DNA of 64,000 nucleotides, from IMG/VR virus record IMGVR_UViG_3300014039_000541, positions 32,001 through 96,000 of that record; one strand, written 5' to 3'. Below the pieces are notes generated by a model. That model saw only the letters and a list, made by a program, of their open reading frames with translations. It was not told where the DNA came from and did not search any database. The number at the start of each line of letters is the position of its first letter. Position 1 is the stretch's first letter. A program made the translations under genes and the position numbers. The DNA is from a virus (taxonomy: Duplodnaviria > Caudoviricetes). This document shows, piece after piece, positions 51,566-62,121 of the stretch.

Positions 51566-52051
51566 ATGAAATTACATAACGGCATTTATCATACAAGAAA
51601 TTCATATAGTAAAGACTGTAAATTTTGGAAAGAAAAGTGTATTCCTTATATTGAATGGTATAAGAAACATCGACTTAGAAATATTCAATTGAGAGAACAT
51701 AGAATTCCAGATGATTATGATAAGAGAGATGTTATGTCTCATCTTATGCATTGTTATACAGATTTATATATGCAATCACATATTGGACGTGTAAAGAAAT
51801 CTGTTATACGAAAAATATTTAATTATTGGTATAAACAACCGGGCGCATATCTTAAGAATGATGAATATCTTAATTATGATATTTTAACACCATATCCTAT
51901 GTATACAGGAGATAGAGATGATGTTAGATTCCCTGTAGGTGAACCGGGTTGTTTTATTCTCTATATTACATTATTTAAAAGAAATAAGAATGCTCTTACG
52001 AAGAAACAACAAAAATTATTGAATGAACTTCATTCATATAGAGAAAAATAA
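51566..52051 (+). CDS. Hypothetical protein
   Basis: 161-aa ORF abutting the previous gene. Confidence 0.7.
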   Translation: MKLHNGIYHTRNSYSKDCKFWKEKCIPYIEWYKKHRLRNIQLREHRIPDDYDKRDVMSHLMHCYTDLYMQSHIGRVKKSVIRKIFNYWYKQPGAYLKNDEYLNYDILTPYPMYTGDRDDVRFPVGEPGCFILYITLFKRNKNALTKKQQKLLNELHSYREK

Positions 52052-52072
52052 ATAATTAAAAATAAATTTATT

Positions 52073-52927
52073 ATGAATAATTTTGATGATGCAATAAAAA
52101 AGAAATTATTAGAAGATGTTAATAATTTCAATGATATAATTTATAATAGAAAGACTATTAATGAAAGTTCTATTAATAGAATGTTTTATTGGATTAATAC
52201 ATGTGATTGCGCATTTATTACTGCATTTAGATATGAATTAACAAATGTAGTAAATCCTGATAAAACATATTACGGACCTAATAATGATTGGAAAGATAAA
52301 AAGATATTCACTCATGAAGAGAATCGCATGAAGAATAAATTGCTTTATGGTGAATTACTTAAATTAAAATATGGTGTTATCAAGGTAAAAGGTGTATATC
52401 CAGAAGGTATGGATAAAGAATCATCTGAAGAAAGTTATTTAGTTGTAAATAGATTTAATGATCTTGAATTTTTAAATAATATTTTAAGATTAGGAGAATT
52501 TTATAATCAAGACTCTATCTATTATAAGCCGAAGAATAAAACATATGGTTATCTTATAGGCACGAATAATGCATACCCAGGTTATCATAAGAAAGGAGAT
52601 GAAAGTACATTAAAATTAGGTACTGCTTCAAATTTTATGTCACGACTTGGAAATAAAGCATTCTCATTTATTCCAAAAAATGCTATTAAATTTAATAATA
52701 AAGAAGATGCAGTAAATACAGAATCTGAATATCAAAAGTATTGGACAGATTATTCAGGAACGTCATTTAAAGATAGAAAAAAGAACAGAACAATAAATCC
52801 TAAATTACAAGAAGCTTTAGAATTTTGGAGAACTAATTTAGGTGGTATTGATATTATTGAAAAAATGCATCCAAAAACAAGATTATGTATGTTTAGTTTT
52901 TTAAGAGAAAATTTAAATAATGAATAA
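52073..52927 (+). CDS. Hypothetical phage protein
   Basis: 284-aa ORF with INESS, ITAFR, VKGVYPE, ESYLV, YNQDSI segments; function unknown. Confidence 0.75.
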   Translation: MNNFDDAIKKKLLEDVNNFNDIIYNRKTINESSINRMFYWINTCDCAFITAFRYELTNVVNPDKTYYGPNNDWKDKKIFTHEENRMKNKLLYGELLKLKYGVIKVKGVYPEGMDKESSEESYLVVNRFNDLEFLNNILRLGEFYNQDSIYYKPKNKTYGYLIGTNNAYPGYHKKGDESTLKLGTASNFMSRLGNKAFSFIPKNAIKFNNKEDAVNTESEYQKYWTDYSGTSFKDRKKNRTINPKLQEALEFWRTNLGGIDIIEKMHPKTRLCMFSFLRENLNNE

Positions 52928-53930
52928 TAAAGATAATTAGATAATTTCAAAATATATAGAAAATAATTCTATTAAAAAGAATTGTCAATATTGGAATCAT
53001 ATAGATACAGATGATCAAATTTATATTAAAGATAAATTTAAACATATCAAAGATATAAAATTATCAGAATGTCTCTATATGATTCTTCATCATTTAGATA
53101 ATAGGCCAATTTGTCCTATATGTCATAAAGAAATAAAACTAGAAAGATTCTCATTAGGATACAAAACATTTTGCTCTAATACATGTAAATATTCAGATAA
53201 AGGAAAACAACTTATTCATGAAAAACAAAAGGAGACATGTTTAGAAAAATATGGAGTTAATAATCCAATGAAAGATATTTCTATCAAAAATAAATCTATA
53301 TCTAAATGTAAAGAAACAAATAAACGAAAATACAATGTTGAATATAATTTTCAACGTGAAGATATAAGAAAACAAATTATTCAAACAGTAAAAAATAAAA
53401 CCGGTTATGAATATGCGTTTTTAAATAAAGAAAAAGTATTATATACATTACATAATAAATATGGCTCTGGTATAGATAATGTATTTCAATTAGATAGCAT
53501 TAAAGATAAATCGAATAAAACAAAAGAATTAAATAATAGTTTTAATACTTCTAAATATGAAGATTTAACATATGAAATATTAAGAGAACATTATAGTAAT
53601 GTAATAAGACAATTTAAATCAGAATTATATCCATTTAATTGTGATTTTTATATTGTAGATAAAGATACATATATAGAAATAAATGCAAGTTGGACACATG
53701 GCAAACATCCATTTAATGAGGATGATTTAAATGATGTTAAACTTTATAATGAATGGATGAATAAATCAGACTATTATAAGAATTCTGCTTATAATTGGAG
53801 ATTTAGAGATACAAAGAAAAGGAATATTGCAAAAGAAAATAATTTAAGATATTTTGAAATATTCCCTATAAATATAGAAGATTTAAAAAATAAATTGAAA
53901 AAAATTATTCAAAAAATAGACAATTTATAA
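52920..53930 (+). CDS. Free-standing homing endonuclease (Zn finger, KYGV repeats, PD-(D/E)XK/Vsr-like domain)
   Basis: CPIC...FCSNTC, TCLEKYGVNNP, CDFYIVDKDTYIEINASWTHG; start extends to ATG 52920 through one TAG. Confidence 0.75.
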
Positions 53931-53972
53931 AATTTCTTCTATAAATAGATAGAATAAAGAAAATTAGGAATA

Positions 53973-55097
53973 ATGCCTAAGAAAGTTTAGTTTGAAGAAT
54001 TTGAGTAGAGATTAAAAAATAAATTTGGTGATAAGTTTAAATATATTGATTTAAGTTTAATAGATAAAGAAAACTTTAATTATTTAGATAAGTATCCTAT
54101 TAAATGTTTAATACATAATAAAATAGCATATAAAGAGCCGAAAATCTTTTTAAGATCTACAACATTAAATATATGTAGTAAATGTCAAAGGGAATAGCAA
54201 GTTCGTGATTCACATAAAATGCATGAAGGTAAAGAAAGACATTATACATCAGTTGATGAATTTCTAGAGCGTTTATATTAGAAATATAAAGATAAAATAA
54301 CTATTGATAAAAATGATATTTTATTAAATAAAAATGGTTCAGTAAATTTTTCATAGAAAATGAAATTTATATGTCAAAAACATGGTGAATTTTATTGTAA
54401 ACCATCCGATATATTTCGTTCAACTCATGGATGCTCAAAATGTGCTAATGAATATATGAAATTAAAAAATATTCAATATGGTGAAGAACGAAGATAGTCA
54501 TTTATAAATGATGCTATTAAAATTCATGGTAATCAATATGATTATTCAAAGGTTGATATAACAGGTAAACTAAAAAAAGTTGAAATTATATGTAAAGATC
54601 ACGGTTCATTTTTTATGATGCCATCTTTACATTTAAGAGGTGAAGGTTGTAAACTTTGTAATAAAACAAATTTATTAAATTGTGAACGACGTTTATATCA
54701 AATATTAATTGATAATTTTCCTAATGAAGAAATTATTAAATAGTATCATAACTTTTTAGGAAGACAAAGTTTAGATTTTTATTTTCCTAAATATAAAATA
54801 GGAATAGAATATCAAGGTAAGCAACATTTTGTTACTAGTGAATATTTACATAATGACACAAGGCATTCATTAAAACATTAGAAAGAACTTGATGAAAAGA
54901 AGTTCAATAAATGTAAAGAACATAATGTTACACTTTTATATTTTACATTTGATAAATAGTATGAAAATATTGAATATTACTCAAAACTATATGTAAATAT
55001 AAAAGACTTAATTGAAAAAATACAATATATAATAAATAATTACAATGTTTGCGTTAATAGTAATACAGACATTGAGCAACAAAAATTAAATACATAA
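53973..55097 (+). CDS. Free-standing homing endonuclease (DUF723-like Zn-ribbon repeats plus DUF559/Vsr-like nuclease), TAG-recoded; absent from the ORF track
   Basis: Code-15 ORF of 374 aa: ICQKHGEF...GCSKC, IHGNQYDYSKV, ICKDHGSF...HLRGEGCKLC, SLDFYFPKYKIGIEYQGKQHF. Confidence 0.8.
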
Positions 55098-55103
55098 TAA
55101 ATT

Positions 55104-55697
55104 ATGAGCAACAAAAAAGTAGTTGGAATTGATTTAGGTACTGGAAACAGTGCGGTAGCCATCATTGAGAATGGCGTAGCTAAAGTAATTGAAAATGCAG
55201 ATGGTTATAAGACAACTCCATCTGTTGTGTACATCAAGGGTGATGAAACAAAAATTGGTGCAGCCGCAAAACGTGGTATGGTAATGAATCCAAAGAATAC
55301 CATTTCATTTGTAAAGCGTTTTATGGGTGCTAAATGGGATGATCCTGATGTACAGAAGATGTTAAAGATGGTAACATATGATGTTATCGATGAAAATGGA
55401 AATCCTCGTCTTAAGATTGACGATAAAACATATTCACCAGAGCAAATTTCATCTATGATTCTTAAGAATATGTATGAAGTTGCAAAGGGATTCTATGGAA
55501 CAGAAGATTGTAAAGACGCTGTTATTACTGTTCCTGCATGGTTTAATGATATTCAGCGTAATGCTACAAAGGTAGCAGGTCAGTTGGCTGGTTTGAATGT
55601 TCTTCGTATTATTAATGAGCCAACTGCAGCAGTTCTTTCTTCAAATATTGATACAAAATCAGGAGACAAGATTGTTCTTGTTAATGACCTCGGTTGT
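55104..55697 (+). CDS. dnaK: Chaperone DnaK (Hsp70), exon 1
   Basis: GIDLGTGNS, TTPSVV, AVITVPAWF, RIINEPTAA; homology breaks after VNDLGC (codon 198). Confidence 0.93.
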
Positions 55698-56044
55698 AAA
55701 CATTCTGTTACTGCATCCGCGCTTGCTGCTTAATCACTAAAGCAAGTGTAAAGTTAAAAACCCGTTAATTGCTGAGAGTCCCACGTTAGATATATACTAA
55801 TGATAAAAATGGTCTTAAATACCGCTATTAGATGGTGACATACTAATTAGCACCAACTTTAATGTGTTGGGTATGGTAAAAAGTTTAAGAATTGGGTGAC
55901 CGCCGTAAATCTTAAAATATATTAAGATAGAGCATCCAAGTATCTTGGTAACAAGATAAAGGTTCAACGACTAGAAAAAGTAATCCTATTAATTTAGGAA
56001 GAAATTTCCACGAATGCGGGTTAGTTTGGAAGTGGTACAAGTGA

Positions 56045-56080
56045 TATAAGATAAATATTAAAAAGAATGTTTATCTTATG
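56045..56080 (+). promoter_or_regulatory. Hairpin containing a late-promoter-like ATAAATA and covering the intron ORF start codon
   Basis: TAAGATAAATATT (56047-56059) pairs with AATGTTTATCTTA (56066-56078); ATG is at 56078. Confidence 0.65.
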
Positions 56081-57148
56081 ATTAATACAGAGTTCTTTGA
56101 TTTATTGATTAAACATATACTTAAATTATATGATGAAAATAATAATGAAATTAAATTTAATGAAATAACATATAAATTTGAAAAACGAAAATTTTCATCA
56201 GTTACAAGTTTAGTTATATATGTAGATAATATATCACTAACATAGAAATAGTATCGTTCATATTTTATATTATATAAATGTAGATGTGGTCGAGAACATA
56301 AAATATTATTACAAAAATATTTCTTAAAAAAGAAATTACATTGTATTAATTGCTGTTAGGATAGAAGTTTTGATGATTATGTAATAGCGTATTATAAAGG
56401 TAAAATTAAAGAAAATAAACAAATAATATTAAAAGAATTTGATGAATATGATGATTAGTTTAAAGAAAATTATAAAAGAAATCATTTATCAAATGAAGAA
56501 TTTAAAAAATATTTACCTTATATTTATAAAATTAATAATCATTTAATAACAGAAGATATATTAAATAATATAGTATATTATTATACAGAACATGTTAATA
56601 ATCAATTTAAATTTACTGTTAATATTTCTTTTGATAATGGTATTACAAAAGAACCTATAAAATAGTTATATTTAAAATGTAATACATGTGGACGTATATT
56701 TAAAATACATACAAATAATATAAGATTACAAGATTTATCAAATATTCAATGTAGAAAATGTAAATTAGTAAATACTACATATCCTATTAAAAAATATAAA
56801 AATACTAATATAACATATTAGTCAGGAATTGAAAAAGAATTTATTGATTTTTGCTTTTCTAATAATATTGAAATTGAAAATGGTAAAGAAATTATTTATG
56901 AATTTGATAATAAAGTAAGAACATATATAACAGATTTTTATTTACCATAGTTTAAATATATTATAGAACTTAAAGCTAAAAATAAGTTTTATAGAGATGA
57001 TTTAAAATCTGGTAAAATTGAAGCAAAAAATAAGGTATGTATTGATTATTGTAATAAAAATAATTTAGAATTTAAGTTTGTGTTTGATTATGAATTAAAT
57101 GAATTTAATCAATAGCTTCTAAATGAAAGAGATAGTCTTGAGGAATGA
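56078..57148 (+). CDS. Intron-encoded homing endonuclease (Zn ribbons plus TnsA-like PD-(D/E)XK domain), TAG-recoded; absent from the ORF track
   Basis: Code-15 ORF of 356 aa: CRCG, CINC, CNTCG, CRKC, YQSGIEKEF, TYITDFYLPQFKYIIELKA; the 3' end overlaps the intron S element. Confidence 0.8.
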
Positions 57149-57198
57149 AAGTTCCTCGGTAAGATAAAGAGCTTACAAAGTTAAATAGAAACAAATAG

Positions 57199-58569
57199 GG
57201 TACAGAGGATGTTTCTATTGTTGAGATTTCTGATGGTATGATTGAGGTTCTTGCATCTGATGGTGATGTGTTCCTTGGCGGTCAGAATTATGATAATGCC
57301 ATTGTTCAGTGGCTTATCGATGAGTTTAAGAAAGATACAGGTATTGATTTGAGTAAGGATAAGATGGCATATGCACGTCTTGTAGAGGCAGCAGAGAAAG
57401 CAAAGTGTGAGTTGTCAACTACTACTCAGACAGAGATTAACCTTCCTTATATTACTGTATCTGATGGTGTTCCTCAGATGTTGATTAAGACTCTTAATCG
57501 CGCTACATTTGAGAGACTTACAGAAGATCTTACAAATAAGGTTGTAGAGATTGCACATCGTGCTGTAGAGAAGGCAGGTATTACAGAGGATCAGATTAGT
57601 GAGATTCTTCTTGTTGGCGGCTCTTCACGTATTCCTTCAGTTCAGGATGCATTGGAGAAGTCATTTAACAAACCTTTGAATAAGACCTGTAATTTTGATG
57701 AGGCTGTTGCACTTGGTGCTGCTATTCAGGCAAATACACTTGCAGGTAATGCAACAGAGGATTCAGTACTTCTTTTGGATGTTACACCAATTTCACTTGG
57801 TATTGAGGTAAATGGTTGTGAGATGGCTAAGTTGATTGAAGCTAATACAACTATTCCTACACGTAAGTCACAGACATTTACAACTGCAGTAGATAATCAA
57901 CCAGCTGTAACTATTAAGGTACTTCAGGGTGAACGTCCAATGTCCGCTGATAATAAGGTAATTGGTACATTTAATTTGGAGGGTATTGCACCAGCTCCTA
58001 AGGGTGTTCCTCAGATTGAAGTAACATTTGATATTAATGCGGATGGTATTCTTGAAGTAACTGCAAAGGATAAGGGTACAAATAAGGAACAGAAGGTAAC
58101 AATTCAGTCTCCTAACGCACTTTCTGATGAAGAGATTGCACGTATTAAGGCAGATGCTGAGAAGTTTGCAGAAGCAGATAAGAAGAAGAAAGAGGAAGTT
58201 GATAAGTTGAATACTGCAGAACAATATGCAACACAGGTTCAGAAGTATATTGATGATGAGAAAACAGGTGCATCTGTTCCATCTGATAAGAAAGAAACAT
58301 TGAAGACAAAGATTACTGCAGTTCTTGATGCAGTTTCTAAGAAGGATGTATCAGCAGCAGAGACTGCACGTGCAGATCTTGAAACTGTATTTAAACCTAT
58401 TGTTGAGGAAATGTATAAGAATGCAGGTGGTGCAACAGCAGGTCAACCTCAGAATGAATCACAGGGAAATCCATTTGCTAATGCAGGATTTGGTGATGCA
58501 AATGCTTCAACTTCTGATACTAAGGCAGATGATGACGTTCAAGAGGCAGATTTTGAGGAAGTAAAGTAA
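57199..58569 (+). CDS. dnaK: Chaperone DnaK (Hsp70), exon 2
   Basis: GTEDVSIVEI, LGGQNYD, LLVGGSSRIP, DEAVALGAA, LLDVTPISLGIE, GVPQIEVTFDI, C-terminal ADFEEVK. Confidence 0.93.
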   Translation, partial: GTEDVSIVEISDGMIEVLASDGDVFLGGQNYDNAIVQWLIDEFKKDTGIDLSKDKMAYARLVEAAEKAKCELSTTTQTEINLPYITVSDGVPQMLIKTLNRATFERLTEDLTNKVVEIAHRAVEKAGITEDQISEILLVGGSSRIPSVQDALEKSFNKPLNKTCNFDEAVALGAAIQANTLAGNATEDSVLLLDVTPISLGIEVNGCEMAKLIEANTTIPTRKSQTFTTAVDNQPAVTIKVLQGERPMSADNKVIGTFNLEGIAPAPKGVPQIEVTFDINADGILEVTAKDKGTNKEQKVTIQSPNALSDEEIARIKADAEKFAEADKKKKEEVDKLNTAEQYATQVQKYIDDEKTGASVPSDKKETLKTKITAVLDAVSKKDVSAAETARADLETVFKPIVEEMYKNAGGATAGQPQNESQGNPFANAGFGDANASTSDTKADDDVQEADFEEVK

Positions 58570-58684
58570 TAAAAATATAAGGTCTTGAAATATAGACCTT
58601 ATTCTAAATAAGTTATATATATTATAACAATATACAATTTAGAAATAATGAAAACTATTAAAGGTGAGTAAAAGTATGTAAAGA

Positions 58685-58722
58685 AGGGACGTTATCATGA
58701 GAATTGTATAACGTCCCTTTTT
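58685..58722 (+). terminator. Terminator-like hairpin between dnaK and dnaJ
   Basis: AAGGGACGTTAT...ATAACGTCCCTT followed by a T run. Confidence 0.65.
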
Positions 58723-58753
58723 ATGTTTAAACATTAATTTATTTGATTTAAAT

Positions 58754-59842
58754 ATGACAAAAGACTTGTATGATATATTAGGTATTGAGAAAGGTTGTAA
58801 TGATCAGAAAAAGATTAAAACTGCATTTAGACAACTTTCTAAGAAATACCATCCAGATATGCAGAGAGGAAAATCAGATGCAGAGGTAAAGGAAGCTGAG
58901 GAAAAGTTTAAGGATGTTAACCATGCATATGAAGTTTTGAGTGATCCTCAAAAAAAAGAGAATTATGATAATTTTGGTGATGAAAATGGAAGACCAAATC
59001 CATTTGGTGGTTCCGGTGGTTTTAATCCATTTGGTGGTGATTTTGATCCATTTGGAGGATTTAATCCATTTGGAGGATTTGGTGGAAGTTCACGTCAGAA
59101 GAAAAATCAGGTTCAACCAGGTAGGGATATTCAGATGAAGATTCCTGTATCTATTGAAGATATATTTAAGGGAGTTAAGAAGAGTGTTAAATTTAAGAGA
59201 AACGTAAGGTGTTCTGTATGTCATGGTGCAGGTGGAACTGGTCAGAAGACATGTCCAAAGTGTCATGGAACTGGTAGAATTATTCATCAGCAGCAATTTG
59301 CAATGGGGTCATTCTCTATTCATGAAGAAGTTTGTCCATTGTGTCATGGAACTGGTTTTTATGTAGAGAACAAATGTGATAAGTGTGGTGGTTCTGGATT
59401 TGATAAGAAAGAAGTAAAACTTGATATTGAATTACCATCTGGAGTACAGAATGGAGAATATCGTGTATATAGTGGTGAAGGATCCGAATCAAAGAATATT
59501 TCAGGACCTAATGGTAATTTTATCGCTATTGCAGATTATACGTTTGATACAGATAGGTATCAGGTTGATGGGTTGAATGTAGTTGAACATATTCATGTCC
59601 CTTATTATAAATTGTTGCTTGGCTGTTCATATACTCTTAATATTCCTTCTGGTGTAAGTAAGGTTGTTAAGTTGAAGAGTTGTATTAAGGAAGGAACAAT
59701 TATGAGATTAACCGGCGAAGGACTTAAGAGGTCTGATGGCCAAAAGGGTGATTACTTCATTTGTGTTCATTATCAATTTCCAGAAGACCTTAGTGCGAAT
59801 GATAGAGCATTGCTTGAAGTTATAGAGAAAAACAATAAATAA
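58754..59842 (+). CDS. dnaJ: Chaperone DnaJ
   Basis: J domain with HPD, G/F-rich linker, four CxxCxGxG repeats, C-terminal domain. Confidence 0.95.
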   Translation: MTKDLYDILGIEKGCNDQKKIKTAFRQLSKKYHPDMQRGKSDAEVKEAEEKFKDVNHAYEVLSDPQKKENYDNFGDENGRPNPFGGSGGFNPFGGDFDPFGGFNPFGGFGGSSRQKKNQVQPGRDIQMKIPVSIEDIFKGVKKSVKFKRNVRCSVCHGAGGTGQKTCPKCHGTGRIIHQQQFAMGSFSIHEEVCPLCHGTGFYVENKCDKCGGSGFDKKEVKLDIELPSGVQNGEYRVYSGEGSESKNISGPNGNFIAIADYTFDTDRYQVDGLNVVEHIHVPYYKLLLGCSYTLNIPSGVSKVVKLKSCIKEGTIMRLTGEGLKRSDGQKGDYFICVHYQFPEDLSANDRALLEVIEKNNK

Positions 59843-59908
59843 TATTTATTAAAACAATTTAGCTATTTTTATATATAAATAAAAATAGCTATTTTTATTT
59901 TGTAAACC

Positions 59909-60295
59909 ATGGAAGATTTTAGTAAAGTAGAAGGTATTAAGACTAAAGGTGGAAAACCTTATGTGTAGAATAAAGAACTTATGAAAGAGATTGTACTTTC
60001 AAAGTAGAGAGATGAACTTACATATAACGCTGTTGTTATGCTTTAGTTAATTGCCGAAAATTTAGCAAAGAAAAAACATTATAAATGTCAAGAGGATAAA
60101 GAAGATTGCATACAAACAGCAATGATGGATGTTGCCATGTATTGGAGAAGCTTTGACCCTGAGAGATTTAATAATCCATTTGCTTATTATACAAGTATGT
60201 TATGTAATGGATTATCAAAAGGATGGAATAAGATATATGGTAAATTTAAAGCATCTGAGATGACAAGTCTTGACAACAATATACATTCATTTTAA
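59909..60295 (+). CDS. Late-transcription sigma factor, T4 gp55-like (three in-frame TAG; absent from the ORF track)
   Basis: Code-15 translation PYVQNKELMKEI...LIAENLA...DKEDCIQTA...SFDPERFNNPFAYYTS matches gp55 signatures YVNNKEL and FD....NP.AY.T. Confidence 0.82.
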
Positions 60296-60314
60296 AATTA
60301 AATAATATAAATTT

Positions 60315-60848
60315 ATGCCTGCATATGATAGTTATATTGCAGAACATGGAACTGCAATAAGTGATTTAACATTGAAGAAAATGTTAGTTAATAAAAAAGA
60401 TATTTAGGATAAAATTAATAATACATTTGCATATGAAGATACGCCAGCTGTAATTCCTGGTAAATCTATTGATGATACAATAGATAAACAATTAGATTCT
60501 TTGAATGAAGATACTGGTATGAATTCATTGATTACACAAGCAGCAATGATGAAAGCAAAAAGCGAGACTGATAAAAAAGAAGATTTAAAACAAAAAACAG
60601 AGCGACGTAAGAATTTCATTGAATCTATGATGTATCAGCAAGGTGAACTTTATTATCAACAACATCATTATTTTATGGATGGTAAGACAAAACGTAGAGT
60701 TCGTAAAGCAGTTGAACGTGCATATGATAAAGGTAAGTATAATAAGAGCGGAATTTATTTTGAACAACCACAAACAAAGACTATTATTAGAAAACCAAAG
60801 AATACTAATAAGGAACCAGTAAATATGCAAGATATGTTAAAGATGTAA
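60315..60848 (+). CDS. Hypothetical protein (177 aa, one TAG)
   Basis: ATG 60315 reads through one TAG into track ORF 60501-60848. Confidence 0.7.
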
Positions 60849-60905
60849 AAATAATATATATGCTCTATTAGATATTTGATTTCTGATAGAGCATTTAATT
60901 TATAT

Positions 60906-61667
60906 ATGGATAAAGATTTAGATACTATATTAAAAGAAAAGTTTGATATTTGTTATATATTAACTTTAAGTGATAGAGAAGATAGACGTAGTAGAATGCA
61001 ATATCAATTTCATAAGATGTATTTAGATGATATAGATAGAAGTGATTTTTATCATTATCATTATACTACTAAATTTCCTTATAATAAGTTAATTGCAAAT
61101 GCGTTTAATGAATCAGGTTTAGGTAGATTTACAAAACCTAATGAGTATGATTGTTCAAGGAATCATTATTCTATTGTAAAGGAATGTTATGATAGAGGAT
61201 TTAATAATATTTTAATAATGGAAGATGATTTAAAATTCTTAAATAATAATCAGACTTTTACTAATTTTATTGATAATATTCCTGTAGATTATGATATACT
61301 TCAATTTGGAGGATTTACTACAGATCCAAAAGCAAAAGGTATATTAGAAAAATATAATGAGAATATTTATTGGGTAAAACATAGAGATATTGGTTTATGG
61401 AATGCGTCTATGTATGCTTTATCACGAAAAGGTATGGAATATTACATTGCATTTATGGATAAATTCTTTTGGGTTGCAGATGGACCATTATTTAAAGCTC
61501 CGATAAATGATAAGTTGGTAAATACATACGTTTCTACTATACCTTTAGTTATTCAGGAAAATAAAAATATTGTTTTATCAGATATAAGAAATAATGTGAA
61601 TGATAAAATAGATTATCAGAATGACAATGTATATGAATCACAAGTTAAGTTATCAGACTACTATTAA
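60906..61667 (+). CDS. Glycosyltransferase, family 25-like
   Basis: YILTLSDREDRRSRM, EYDCSRNHYSI, ILIMEDDLKF, YDILQFG, YALSRKG. Confidence 0.78.
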   Translation: MDKDLDTILKEKFDICYILTLSDREDRRSRMQYQFHKMYLDDIDRSDFYHYHYTTKFPYNKLIANAFNESGLGRFTKPNEYDCSRNHYSIVKECYDRGFNNILIMEDDLKFLNNNQTFTNFIDNIPVDYDILQFGGFTTDPKAKGILEKYNENIYWVKHRDIGLWNASMYALSRKGMEYYIAFMDKFFWVADGPLFKAPINDKLVNTYVSTIPLVIQENKNIVLSDIRNNVNDKIDYQNDNVYESQVKLSDYY

Positions 61668-61722
61668 AAATTAATTTTTGATTTTTGTATAAATAAGAAA
61701 ATAATTTTATATAATAATCTAA

Positions 61723-62088
61723 ATGACTATGATTAACATGTATGACGAGGCTAATATAGATTTAGAAGAAATGATGTACCTTCAAGATGTTCAGGATGAA
61801 ATAGAAGGTGATGAAGAACAAATTGAAGACGATGATATTTATGAAGATGATTATGATTTAACTTCTTCTTTTTTAGATAAACAATCTTTATTAAAAGATG
61901 ATGAGCGTAGACATATAAAAGTTTTACATAAACCAACGGGAAAAATATTTTCTGGAAAGTTATATGGTAAATGCGCTGGTATTCCTGATAAGTATGTATT
62001 TTCTATGCGAGAGGTGATAGATAATAAGGAAGTTGAGCCATTGAAGACTAAGATCTTTAAATTGTCAGATCTTGTGAAGAAAAAATAA
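61723..62088 (+). CDS. Hypothetical protein with acidic N-terminus
   Basis: 121-aa ORF. Confidence 0.7.
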   Translation: MTMINMYDEANIDLEEMMYLQDVQDEIEGDEEQIEDDDIYEDDYDLTSSFLDKQSLLKDDERRHIKVLHKPTGKIFSGKLYGKCAGIPDKYVFSMREVIDNKEVEPLKTKIFKLSDLVKKK

Positions 62089-62121
62089 ATATCATAACTA
62101 AATTATTAATAAAGGAAACTA

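Larger units (their letters stand above)
55698..57198 (+). mobile_element. Group I intron (about 1501 nt, probably subgroup IA) in dnaK
   Basis: Exon ends in U, intron ends in G, and splicing restores DLGC|GTEDVS in frame. P3 AACCCG/CGGGTT (55759/56017), R element GTTCAACGACTA, S element AAGAGATAGTCT (P7 GACTA/TAGTC), P1 with a U-G pair at the 5' splice site. Confidence 0.88.

Noticed and set aside
55698-57198. Intein or insertion sequence as the explanation for the dnaK interruption
   Set aside because: The dnaK frame stops at TAA 55731-55733, there are no terminal inverted repeats or transposase, and group I core elements are present.
58995-59085. Tandem TTTAATCCATTTGGTGG-like repeats
   Set aside because: They encode the normal G/F-rich linker of DnaJ (GGFNPFGG); no spacers, so not a CRISPR array.
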